Position numbers and translations under genes: made by a program
Shown here: positions 19,281 to 29,436 of the stretch, in pieces
Position numbering within the stretch: the stretch's first letter is position 1
Layout: each line of letters begins with the position of its first letter
Source of the DNA: an uncultured delta proteobacterium
Lineage (GTDB): Bacteria > Desulfobacterota > Binatia > UBA9968
NCBI GenBank assembly: GCA_963755715.1
Contig: CAVWLW010000064.1
Span: 64,001-128,000, forward strand
Length of the DNA: 64,000 bases
Direction: 5' to 3'
Notes under the pieces: model-generated
Told to the model about the DNA's origin: nothing
Database searches by the model: none
The model's input: only the letters and a program-made list of their open reading frames with translations

Positions 19281-19881
19281 TCATCCCCGTCCTTGGAAGA
19301 TCGGCTTGCCTTCCGTTTGCTCAAGATAGCGCACGAAGCGGTATTTGGTTTCCAGCAAGTCGACGTTGCTCCGCGTGATCGTGCGATGGCCAAGACTCTC
19401 TTCGATTTTGCAGACGACAAAACGCAATCCGGATTGTGTTTAGTGCAGCCGTCGCTTCTTTCTTGAACTCGGCTAATTCTGAAACCGTCACCGCATGCTC
19501 GATACCCGCGCCGCTCGCCATGGCGGCCAAATCGGTCTTACCCGCCGTCGCGCTAGGATAACTGATTCTCGTGCCGCTGTAAGCCTGGTTGTCGAAAACG
19601 AAGACCGCCATATTCGACGGATTCAGATTGGCCAAGGTGGGTAGATTAAACAACGAGAGCAGAACGCTGCCGTCGGACTCGAACACGAAAACTTTTCGAT
19701 GCGGCAGAGCCAGAGCAAGTCCGATCCCCACGGCAAGTGCATTGCCCATGGAGCCCAGGTTCAAATCCGCCTCCCGCTTGGAGAGATGTCCCCATTCGAC
19801 TCGTTGGCCGCTCAAGGAAGTGACGACGAGTTGATCGGTCATCAAAGGCGCGAGCCATTCGAAACAGTCGTAGCGAATCAT
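19281..19881 (-). CDS. ComE-like ThDP decarboxylase beta subunit (copy 3; +1 frameshift near 19440)
   Basis: ESDGSVLLSLFNL; after the shift the frame continues ETKYRFVRYLEQTEGKPIFQGRG* as in the paralogs. Confidence 0.8.
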
Positions 19882-20081
19882 AGAGTGAAACCCTCTGTGA
19901 ATAATAAAACCAGCGGACGTTTCAGTGCGTTCATCATTTGCACCGCGTCTTTGATACTATGCTCAAGCTCGCCGCCTGAAAAGCGCTATCGTCTTGCAAG
20001 AGCGGGAAAATTTCGCTCAAACCCGTCTCGGGTGATGAAGTCGATTTTCGCCGCGCCAAGCTCCAACTTAATCTGCGGCAA
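19878..20081 (-). pseudogene. Internally deleted comD-like gene
   Basis: AAKIDFIT/PETGLSEIFPLLQDDSAF is joined directly to GGELEHSIKDAVQMMNALKRPLVLLFTEGFTL*; about 100 codons are missing; ATGA overlap with the comE-like gene is retained. Confidence 0.8.
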
Positions 20082-20215
20082 GTTTTAGACCCACATTTTT
20101 GGTAATAGCGACGATATGGAGTTCGTCTAATACCTGGGCTCAGGCGAAGAAAATCAAAGTCGGCTGCCAATACAGTTGCTCACTTGAAATCGCAGAAAAT
20201 TCGAATCCCTCTGCG

Positions 20216-21882
20216 TTATTTTTGCTCGTCTTTTTCGCTCACGTGTTTTTTCAGCTTCTCGATCTCGTCAGCCATATATTTTTTCTTCAGATCCATAAAC
20301 TTCGCGCCGCGCGGCGCTTTGATGCCTTTTTTTGCGCTGTACTCGGCGTTTTGACTGTGATTCCCCGCGACGGCGTTTTCCGCCTGAATTGCTGCTTCTT
20401 GCGGCCACATGCCCAACGAATAGCCCGACCACGGCGGGCGAGGATTCAACTTCGGGTAATTCGAGTTCCTCCCAGATCTCCCGCGCCCGTTCCATGTAGG
20501 GGCGCTTCGGCAGCGCCACCGGAGGAAAATCCGCCTTCAACGTCGCGTCCACCAAAAGCGTCGAATCGGTAACGTCGTAATGTTCGCCATCGGCGACGTA
20601 TCTTATCGGATTCCAAGGCAGTGGCCGGTTAGGAACGATGCGCATATCGCGATGCGGCTGGCAGCGGTTCGCCATCGCCCAGAGCAGCGACTGGGCGTCG
20701 TGCGGATCGATGTCTTCATCGACGCAGGCGATGATTTTGTGAATCACTCGCGACGGCAGAAGCGCTTCCAAAGCACGCCAAGTGTCGTCCGGCTTTTCCT
20801 TCTTGAGCTGAATGACCGCCACCTGCCGATTGAGCAGATCTTCATAAAGCGCCACTCGCAGCGCCTTGACGCCGACTTCTTTATTCAAATGATTGAGCGC
20901 GAGGGTTTCGTAGGCGGATTGCTTGATCTTGCTCGATTCGCTCGGCGTGAGCTGGCTGATCATCGAGACATAAATGGGATTTCGCTTGTGCGTGATGCAG
21001 GTAACTTCGAAAACGCCGTTTAAATCTCCGGGATCGAGATAGCCATGCGCTTCACCGAAAGGTCCGTCTGGCTCCAGATAATCCGAGGGAATTCTGCCCT
21101 CGATGACGATATCGGCATGCGCGGGCACTTCGAGATCGACGGTTTTGCACTTGACCATTTCCAGCGGACTGCGCGCGAGACCGCCCGCCAGCGCCACTTC
21201 GTCGACACCATACGGCACCGGTTGAACTGCCGCGTAGGTAATGCAGGGAGGACCTCCGATGACGATCGCCGCATCGAGCGGAACTCCTCTTTCGTTACAT
21301 TTCTCCCAGTGGATCGCCGTATGCTTGAGGCTGCCCCACATGATGCTGGTTTTGAGCGGGCCTTTGATTTGCCCACGGTAGACTCCCATGTTCCTGACAC
21401 CGTTGTCAGGATCTTTGGTAATCCAGCAGCCGGCCGTCAGATAGGGCGCATTGTCGAACCCGGGCGTAGAAATTGGAATAGGCAGCATGTAGAGACCGCC
21501 GCGCCGGGTCAGCTCCTCACCTTGATAAACGACATCTTGGGCTTCTCCGTCTTTTACGAGAATCGGCTCGATCGGTTTTTCCAAAGCCTTCGACCAGATA
21601 TCTTCCACCTCTTCTTCTTTGCACATGAGCCCGAGTGCGTAGATCCGCTGTGAGGCCGCGAGCCCGCCGATCAGCACCGGGATGTCGTACTTCTTGCCTT
21701 TGGCATCGTGGATATTCTCGAAGTAGAAAGCTCGCCTTTGCGCCTCGTCCAGGCCGCGAAACTGCCAGCGCACCAGCGGATGCATCTCGGTGTCTTTGTT
21801 GATCGGCTTCTTGACTCTGAAGAGCAGCCCCTCGCGTTCGAGAACCTGAACGTATTCAAAGAAGACTTTTGTAATAAGCCAT
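20216..21882 (-). CDS. UbiD family prFMN-dependent decarboxylase (two +1 frameshifts, near 21859 and 20455)
   Basis: MAYYKSLLEYVQVLERE..INKDTEMHPLVRWQ, NMGVYRGQ, DGPFGEAHGY and VDEDIDP; C-terminus continues in ORF 20216..20449. Confidence 0.85.
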
Positions 21883-21963
21883 AGGCAAATCCCCTTAACT
21901 TAGCGGCTAGAGACAACCTTCCTTAACAGTTCTAATGCTCGGTAACACTTGATTCGCTTCTAG

Positions 21964-22060
21964 GCCGTCTTTGAGGACGTAGATCATCTCCTCGAACATC
22001 TGTTTCTGGGGGTTCAGCTTTTCTCCGGGCGGAATCTCGCAGACGTAAGCCGCCGAGTTG
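21964..22060 (-). pseudogene. Cupin gene remnant
   Basis: NSAAYVCEIPPGEKLNPQKQMFEEMIYVLKDG resembles GMYVGEIPAGGALEAEKHFYEEVICILDG of the cupin at 62809. Confidence 0.7.
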
Positions 22061-22061
22061 G

Positions 22062-22232
22062 GTGTTGACGACAAAATTCCTGTTGGACTACCCCTTGCCC
22101 ACGGTCGCGGGAATGAAAACCGTGCTCGATGATCTCGGCGCAAAAAATCCGAAGATTCGCGAGCTAAAACCCGAGGATCTTCTCGACACGCGTTTTTTGC
22201 GCAACCTCAAGGACAGCGGCGCGATCAAATAG
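22062..22232 (+). pseudogene. C-terminal remnant of an NMT1-like substrate-binding protein
   Basis: FLLDYPLPTVAGMKTVLDDLGAKNPKIRELKPEDLLDTRFLRNLKDSGAIK*, compare YPSVDGIRNVIRLLGMNNEKIRRLKAEDLVDDSIVRKL in 52741..53736. Confidence 0.75.
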
Positions 22233-22246
22233 CATCGACGAATGGC

Positions 22247-23674
22247 TTAGGACAAGATCTGCTTGCCCCACTTTTGTCTGACTTGCTGCGCCAGGTCCGG
22301 CGGCACGATCACGGAGGCGGGAAAATCTTTGATCCATTCGTAAGGCCGGCAAGCGTCGATGACGGCGCGCGAATTGAATCCCTTTTTGCCGCGTTGAACG
22401 ATCGGATCCAGCGGGCCACTCCAACAGCGCCGGAGAATCTCGATGTCCTCCGCGGGGTCGCAGCGCGTCGTCATCGCCCACCACACGTCTTTCATGTCGG
22501 TGGGATCGATATCGTCATCGACCACGACGGTGAAACGCCCCAAATAGGCGGCGGCGTGACACTGTGAAGCGATCAAGCCGGCCTGACGCGCGTGGCCCGG
22601 ATAGCGCTGCCGAATGGCGACGACGGTGAGGAGACGTGTGTTGCCTTCCGGCGGACAGTAAACGCCGACCACATCCGGCACACCGGCGCGCTCCAATTCT
22701 TCCCACACCATCGCCGAGCGCCAAAAACTCTTGTAAAAAGTCGCTTCCGTCGGCGGCCGGCTCGGCGGCGCTCCCGCCATGATCGGATCGTTGCGAAAAT
22801 ACATCCGGCGGATTCGAATGATCGGTTCTTCGCGCACGTGGCTCGCGTAATAGCCGGTCCACTCGCCGAACGGCCCTTCGGTTTTTTGATCCCCCGGCAA
22901 ACACTCTCCTTCAATCACGACTTCCGCGGTCGCCGGCACCTGGAGTCCGGTCCGCGCCAACTTCACGACGTCGATGGGCGCGCCTTTCAGACCGCCGGCA
23001 AAATCGTATTCCGATAGGCCATACGGCACTTCGAACGCCGAGGCCATAAACAGCAGCGGATCGTGACCCAATGACAGCGCCACCGGCATGGGCCGATTCT
23101 GGGCAAAATATTTTTCCATCTGAATGCGCGCGTGCCGGCCCGGCGAAATATACAGCCCCACGGATTTACTGTCGTGAACCATCACCCGGTAAGTGCCGAT
23201 ATTGAGCCAACCCTCTTCCGGATCCCGGGTGATCGTCAGATGGCCGGTGCCGATGTAGCGGCCACCGTCGTGGATGTTATAGCGCGGCGTCGGAAAACGC
23301 AGGACGTCGACATCTTTTTCTTCCCAGACGTTCTCCATGAAAGGTCCGTCTTTGACCTCTCGCGGCGGAATCGGTTTCATCTCTTTGATTTTCTTGCGCA
23401 TGGCGGCGACCAGATCCATGGTCGCCATGTCCGTCGGCATACCGCAGGTGAGCGCGACTCGCTTGATGGAATTGAGCTGGCCCGCCACCAATCTCAAACC
23501 CTTGGCGAAGCCCTTGATCGAGTCGAACAGGAGGCACGGCGCGATTTGCGACTCTTTGCGGGCCATCTCGATGATGGCGCCGATCTCCAAGTCCCAATCC
23601 GCGCCCTCGACGGTCTTGAGCTCACCCAATTCATTCACTTGAGTGATCCACTCACGCAAATCTCTGTACGCCAT
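22247..23674 (-). CDS. UbiD family decarboxylase
   Basis: YRDLREWI, NIGTYR, EGPFGEWTGYY, VVVDDDIDP and IDACRP. Confidence 0.93.
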   Translation of the reverse strand: MAYRDLREWITQVNELGELKTVEGADWDLEIGAIIEMARKESQIAPCLLFDSIKGFAKGLRLVAGQLNSIKRVALTCGMPTDMATMDLVAAMRKKIKEMKPIPPREVKDGPFMENVWEEKDVDVLRFPTPRYNIHDGGRYIGTGHLTITRDPEEGWLNIGTYRVMVHDSKSVGLYISPGRHARIQMEKYFAQNRPMPVALSLGHDPLLFMASAFEVPYGLSEYDFAGGLKGAPIDVVKLARTGLQVPATAEVVIEGECLPGDQKTEGPFGEWTGYYASHVREEPIIRIRRMYFRNDPIMAGAPPSRPPTEATFYKSFWRSAMVWEELERAGVPDVVGVYCPPEGNTRLLTVVAIRQRYPGHARQAGLIASQCHAAAYLGRFTVVVDDDIDPTDMKDVWWAMTTRCDPAEDIEILRRCWSGPLDPIVQRGKKGFNSRAVIDACRPYEWIKDFPASVIVPPDLAQQVRQKWGKQILS

Positions 23675-23683
23675 TATTTCCTC

Positions 23684-24664
23684 CTAGCGATATAACGTCT
23701 GAAATAATCCTTGCTGTTCGAGCTCGTTCACGAGCGTGTTATCGACAAAGTCACTCGCTTTTACGCCGGCCGCCGACTTTACTTCGGAGCGCAACACTTC
23801 ATCGACCGCATCGAGCCGAACTTTGGGAATCGGCTCGAGGTACTTCACACCATAGATTCGGTAGAGCTCGGCGAGTATTTCCGGATCCTGAACTTTCGTG
23901 TATCTGGCGAGCACCTTGATCGTGCCCTCTTTGTCCGTTCTAACTCGGTGAATGCCTTCGCAGTAGGCGCGCAACAGGCGCAAAGCCGTGCTGCGATTTT
24001 TTTCCAAGAACGATTGCGTCGTCGCCAACGGGGAATTGGGATAGACAATGCCGATCTCACCGAAATCCACCAGTTCCTTCAGGCCCAGCTTTGCCGCGGA
24101 CAGATTCGTCGGCGGCGACACCACGCCGGCATCGACGATCCCGCCGGTGATGGCGCCGAGCAGTTGCGGCATGCCGCCGGTCTGGATGACCGCAACGTCG
24201 GCGCCGCGCCGCAGCCCCCATTTTTTGAGCGCCAAATCCAAGGCAAAGTCCGTCGACCCGCCGAGACGGGTCAAGCCGATTTTTTTTCCTTTGAGATCCT
24301 TCGCCGTTTGAATCTCAGGCCGCGCCATCAGCGAGAACACCAGCGTATTGATGGTATTGCCGATCATCTTGAGGCTCGCTCCTCTGAGCGAAGCTTGGAC
24401 CACGGAATTGGCGCCGAGGCGAACGAATTGCACATCGCCGCCGAGCAGCGCCTGAGTCACCACCGACCCGCCGCCGATGTAGAGAAGCTGCACATCCAAT
24501 CCCTGACGGCGGAAATAGCCGTAATCCTGCGCCACCCATAGGGACGCCATCGCGCCGCTGATCGAACTGTAGGCTAAGCGAATCGGCTCGGCTTGCGCAG
24601 CGGAGAAAAATAAAGAGGCCTGCGCTAGTAACGCAAAAATAATGAGACAAAGAAATTTGCGCAC
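23684..24664 (-). CDS. NMT1/THI5-like ABC substrate-binding protein
   Basis: Signal peptide AQA-E; IRLAYSSISG and LKGKKIGLTRLGGSTD; start approximate. Confidence 0.9.
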   Translation of the reverse strand: MRKFLCLIIFALLAQASLFFSAAQAEPIRLAYSSISGAMASLWVAQDYGYFRRQGLDVQLLYIGGGSVVTQALLGGDVQFVRLGANSVVQASLRGASLKMIGNTINTLVFSLMARPEIQTAKDLKGKKIGLTRLGGSTDFALDLALKKWGLRRGADVAVIQTGGMPQLLGAITGGIVDAGVVSPPTNLSAAKLGLKELVDFGEIGIVYPNSPLATTQSFLEKNRSTALRLLRAYCEGIHRVRTDKEGTIKVLARYTKVQDPEILAELYRIYGVKYLEPIPKVRLDAVDEVLRSEVKSAAGVKASDFVDNTLVNELEQQGLFQTLYR

Positions 24665-24799
24665 CCGCGTCAGCACCCTGCAGATTCCTTGATGGCTCAG
24701 GGTGCAACGGCGGACGCGCGAACCGCGCTGGGATCTATCGGGCGTAACTTTCACAATTTCAAACCAGGTGTGGATCGATGAGAGTTTCAAAACCGGCGT

Positions 24800-25690
24800 T
24801 CACCGCCCGAGAATGCCGGCGTCGCGCAATTCCCGCTCCAGCTTCGCGACTTCTTCTTTTGGCATCTGCTCCGTTTCCCATTTAGGAAAACGTTTCACCG
24901 CGAAGCCGCGCATGCGATGCACTTCCTGCAGCGGCACCCGGCCATACTTGCGCAAGCGCGCCGCGACGATACGCGCGACGGTGTCGACCCGTTTCTGCGC
25001 TTCGACGGCGGCCGGGTAGTCTTTACGATCCAGCGCGTTGAACAACTCGACGCAAAGCTCGGGCACGAAGCTCGTCGGCGGATTGATCATGCCGGCGACG
25101 CCGAACGGCACCAGGCCGAACAAATCCGCGTTGCCGGTGAAGACCGAAACATCGGGCAAGAGCCGAACGTATTCCAGCAGCGCGCCCTGGCCGTAAGCGA
25201 CTTTAATGCCTTTGAGCGCCGGCACTTGTTCCTTCATGCGCAGGGCGAGGCCCGGCGGAATCGAGATGCCGGAGTATTTTGGATTCTCGTAGATGAAGAT
25301 CGGCAGCGGCACGGCTCGATGCACGGCTTTGTAGTGCGCGATGATTTCGTACTCGCTGTGATCCGAATAATAGTAGGGCGGCACGATCGCCACCGCGTCG
25401 GCTTTGTGCGCCGCTGCATGCTCCGCCAGCTCCACCGCGCTGCCCGCGTCCGCAGTGCCGACGTGGATGATCACGGGCACGCGCGACTTGGCCTGATCGA
25501 GCGCGATCGCCGCCGCTTGCTTGCGCTCGTCGATGGTCATCGCCGGCCCTTGTCCGGTTGAGCCGAGCACGAATAGACCGTGCACGCCGGCTTTGATGTG
25601 AAAGTCGACCAACTGGCGCATGATATTTTCGTCGATCCGCACTTTCTCATCGAACGGCGTGATTATCGGCAATAAAACTCCACGAATCAT
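24800..25690 (-). CDS. Dihydrodipicolinate synthase / N-acetylneuraminate lyase family class I aldolase
   Basis: ITPF, GSTGQ, VPPYY, IYENP and GIK Schiff-base Lys. Confidence 0.88.
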   Translation of the reverse strand: MIRGVLLPIITPFDEKVRIDENIMRQLVDFHIKAGVHGLFVLGSTGQGPAMTIDERKQAAAIALDQAKSRVPVIIHVGTADAGSAVELAEHAAAHKADAVAIVPPYYYSDHSEYEIIAHYKAVHRAVPLPIFIYENPKYSGISIPPGLALRMKEQVPALKGIKVAYGQGALLEYVRLLPDVSVFTGNADLFGLVPFGVAGMINPPTSFVPELCVELFNALDRKDYPAAVEAQKRVDTVARIVAARLRKYGRVPLQEVHRMRGFAVKRFPKWETEQMPKEEVAKLERELRDAGILGR

Positions 25691-25748
25691 GTTTTCCCCC
25701 ACGTTCAAGTGTCTCTATTCGGCGACTTTATTTTTTAATTTTCAATTC

Positions 25749-26988
25749 TCAATTTTTAATTATTGCCCGCACGCCCACCCGTGTGTCCAATCGATAGATC
25801 TCGTTCGCCTGCTTTTTGTCGTACCATGCCTTTGGGCCGGCCGCCGCGCAGGCCTGTCTCGATCGCATCCACAACGATCTTGCGAAACTTTATGACACCA
25901 CGATCGGAAACACTGAGCTGCTCGCTGCGTTCGCCAAGCAGGCCCTGCGTGCCCTGCGTCATCAAATCTTCTTTGCGGACGTTGCCTTTGTAGGGCATGA
26001 ACTTGCGCTTATCGTAGGGCATCACTTCCTGCACCGGCGTTTCTTGTTCGCGCAGCGCTTTGAGTTTCTCGAAGAAATTCGCTTCCGGTCCTTTGTAATT
26101 GTCCGCGGTAAAAAGCATGAAGTGCTCATCGTCATTGGGCGTCACAAACATCCAATGCTCGCATTGCGAGCCTTCCTTGATCAGCGCCGCCGCGTCCATC
26201 TTGGCATGAACAAACTCCGTGTCGCCCACTTGAACGATACTCGGCAAAGCCAGACTCATTTCGTCGACAAATTCCGTCCCCGGCTTCGGGCCCGGCTTGG
26301 TCATGACGACTTTCATGCCATAATCCATCTCGACGAACTCGAAGTGCGGCATTTCCGTGTAACTGAAAAATTGATTGCCCCAGGATTGTTGGCCGTAGCC
26401 GGCGTGCCGATGCAATATACAGACGTGCGCCGGGTCCGCGGAGTTTTCAAAAAAATTAAACCAGTTGTAGTCGGCGTGGCGCACCGGCTCGATCTGCCAT
26501 TGGCTGCCGCGATCGACCAATGGCCCATACTTCGGCAGCGGCGGTGGATCGTCCCGATCGGGTCCCATGTACGCGAAGATCAATCCGCCCTGTTCTTGCA
26601 CCGGATACGATAGATGCTTCACCTTCTGCGGAAACTTGCTGTCCTTGGGCTCTGCCGGCATTTCCAGACACTGACCCGAGACGTCGAAAAGCCAACCATG
26701 ATAAGGACAGCGGATGCCGCCGCATTCGATATCGGCATATTCCAACGACGTGCCGCGATGCGGGCAATGCAGTCCGAGTAAGCCGAGCTTGCCGAATTCG
26801 TCGCGAAACAACACCAGCTCTTCGCCGAGCACTTTGACCGCTTGGGGAATATCGTAAAGATCGCGCGCAATTCCAACTACTACCCAGTAGCGGCGAAACC
26901 ATTCGCCGCACGGCGTCCCCGGCCCCACGCGCGGAATATCCGCGACCGTCACGCTCTTGTTCTTTCTTTTCGCGCTCACTTTCGCCAC
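25749..26988 (-). CDS. Rieske non-heme iron oxygenase alpha subunit (phthalate 4,5-dioxygenase/LigX-like); +1 frameshift near 25815
   Basis: CPHR..CPYHGW; ENSADPAHVCILH; EDLMTQ; corrected end QANEIYRLDTRVGVRA matches the paralog. Confidence 0.9.
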
Positions 26989-27052
26989 TGACTTTTCCTT
27001 CTTGCTTCGATTTCAGTCCTATCTTAAATGCCTTGAACGTTGAATATACGAT

Positions 27053-28429
27053 CTATTTGAAACCATATTCTTTCCAACGCTGCAAAACCATCTGACGCAT
27101 CGCATCCGTCGGCTCCGCTACCTCGCCACGAAAGTTTTCTTTTATCGTCAGGTCGAGCATCGCCTTTGAAGTCAAACCATCAACAGTCGCCGACGGTTCG
27201 AGAGAACTGGTGATGCCGCGCGGGATGATATACATGTCCGTCGCCGGCTGAAACCGCGTGGTCAGGGCCCAAAGCACCTCATTGGGATCTTCGAGATTGA
27301 TATCCTCGTCGACCACGATGACGTGCTTCCATTTGCCGCTTCGAGTGTAGAGCGATGCAGCGAGAATATTGTTCACGATACCCGGCCGCATCAGACGTTT
27401 TTCCAACTGGAGGATCAGCACGATCGAAACTCCCCAAGGCGGCGCATAAGCTTTTTTCAGGGCCGGATAGGCAGGCTTTAACTCTTGGTAAGCCGCCACC
27501 GCGTAGGTCAACGCGTCCACGTACAAGTGTTCGTGCGGCGGCTTGCCGAGCCAAATATTATGATAGATGGGATTCTTGCGGTGGGTCACCGCTTTGATCG
27601 TCATGACCCGCTCGTTCGGCACTTGCGCCGTCGTATAGCCGCAAAACTCGCCGAACGGCCCTTCGTCGCCGGTCTTCGCCGGGATCTTCAGTTCTCCTTC
27701 GAGCACGATCTCCGCAAGAGCCGGCACCTCCAACTCGATGGTCCGACACTTGACGACATCGACTGGCTCACCGGCGAGGCCGCCGGCGATTTCCAGCTCG
27801 AACACTCCGGCGCGCGGCTCGAACTGCGACGCGACGTAAACCGCCGGCGGCACGCCGATGCATACGGCGACTTCGAAATTTTTTTGGCCGCGCTTCTCGG
27901 CGTTTTTTATAAAATCGTAGCCGTCATGTCCCGGCGTGAAGCGAATGGTGACTTCGTTTTTCGATACCAGCATCATTCGGTAGATCGCGAGGTTGTTGCC
28001 GTACTCCGGGTCTTTGATAATGACATGGCCCGCCGTAATATACGGCCCGCCGTCGCGCGGGTTGTTGGTGCAAAGCGGCAATTTCGTGACGTCGACTTCG
28101 CTCCCTTCCATGACGACTTCCTGGCACGGACCGCTGGCAACGAGACGAGTAGGAATCGGCGTGGTCGCGCGCCGGACGGTCTCTTCAAAAACATTTTTTT
28201 GCGACAGACCCAAAGCCAGAGCCACACGGCGGTCACTCGCCAAAAGCTGGCCGACTACGGGAATCGTCGAACCTTTCACATTTTCGAAAAGCAGCGCCGG
28301 GCTGTTGGGCCGCTCGTTGAAGATCTTGCAGATAGCGCCGAGCTCATGCTTCGGATCCACCTGAGCAGCAACGGTATGTAGCTCGCCGGCTTTCTCCAGA
28401 TTGTCGAGAAACTCGCGTAAATCCATCAT
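27053..28429 (-). CDS. UbiD family decarboxylase
   Basis: DLREFL, DGGPYIT, NLAIYR, DEGPFGEFCGY, VVDEDI and WALTTR. Confidence 0.93.
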   Translation of the reverse strand: MMDLREFLDNLEKAGELHTVAAQVDPKHELGAICKIFNERPNSPALLFENVKGSTIPVVGQLLASDRRVALALGLSQKNVFEETVRRATTPIPTRLVASGPCQEVVMEGSEVDVTKLPLCTNNPRDGGPYITAGHVIIKDPEYGNNLAIYRMMLVSKNEVTIRFTPGHDGYDFIKNAEKRGQKNFEVAVCIGVPPAVYVASQFEPRAGVFELEIAGGLAGEPVDVVKCRTIELEVPALAEIVLEGELKIPAKTGDEGPFGEFCGYTTAQVPNERVMTIKAVTHRKNPIYHNIWLGKPPHEHLYVDALTYAVAAYQELKPAYPALKKAYAPPWGVSIVLILQLEKRLMRPGIVNNILAASLYTRSGKWKHVIVVDEDINLEDPNEVLWALTTRFQPATDMYIIPRGITSSLEPSATVDGLTSKAMLDLTIKENFRGEVAEPTDAMRQMVLQRWKEYGFK

Positions 28430-28549
28430 AACCTGGTGACACGCCTCCACTGAGTCAGTTTACTTATCCACTTACTTACTGGATAAGATTGCTAAAATAA
28501 ACCGTGTCTCGATTGAGGTTGTTAAGGCAGCGCAAAAAGTGTCGCCGCC

Positions 28550-29432
28550 TTAGTTGTGCAGTAACAACTTGGCGCGGAAGCCCAGTATCTTTTCCGCCTT
28601 CGCGATATCGTAGCCGCTCCATCGCCCTTCGGCTTTGCGCACGGACTGCACCTGCGGCAGATACTTTGCGGCGAGCTCTGCAGTCGGCATATCGATGATT
28701 GTGTCCGGCGCGCAGAGATTAAAAGTTTGATGTCCTGCAAAATTCGCTTCGAGCGCGAGGCGGCAAGCGCGCGCCGCGTCGCGCACATCGATATAGCTCC
28801 ACAACGCGCCCGTTCCCCGAATGATCGGGTTCTTGCTTCGCTCCATCAGTAGTCCTCGGTGCTCTTCGGTATAAATCCCCGAGAATCGCAAGCTCGCGAT
28901 CTGCATATCACCGTTGAGGCTCGCCGCCTCGCACAACTTTTCACCGACGAGCTTGGAAAGTCCGTAGGGATCTTGCGGCCGTAGCGGATGATCTTCGTCG
29001 ACCGGCAGATACTCGGGTTGCAACGCCGTAACTGGATAGTAGAGGCCGTAAACCGCCAGGCTCGAGCCGCAAACAATTTTTCTCACGCCGGCAACCCGCG
29101 CCGCAGCCAAGACGTTGTTGGTCATGGCCACATTAAGATTGAACCGTTCGGCATCGCCGACAGTGTCGGGAAACTCCCAGCGCTGCGCGACCGTGTTGAA
29201 TCCGGTTTCGGTGTACGGAAAGCGTTGGCGGGCAAGATGAACGACAGCGTCCACGTTTTTGAAAAAATTCTTGGAACGTATGTGCTTTGCTCAGGTCAGC
29301 CGTATAGGTCGGACAAGGGCATTCCCGCGGTTTGGTCGTGTCGAGGGCGGCGACTTGATGCCCGTGAGTAAAAAGCTCGCGCACGACGAACTGCCCCAGC
29401 CGACCCGACCCTCCAGTGACGACAACGCGCAT
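28550..29432 (-). CDS. NAD-dependent epimerase/dehydratase (extended SDR); +1 frameshift near 29265
   Basis: VTGGSGRLG in the first frame; DAVVHLA, GSSLAVYG and YGLSK in the second. Confidence 0.85.
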
Positions 29433-29436
29433 GGTC

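Noticed and set aside
11253-19881. Coenzyme M or phosphonate biosynthesis cluster
   Set aside because: No comA/B/C, cysteate synthase or pepM; the context is uptake and catabolism
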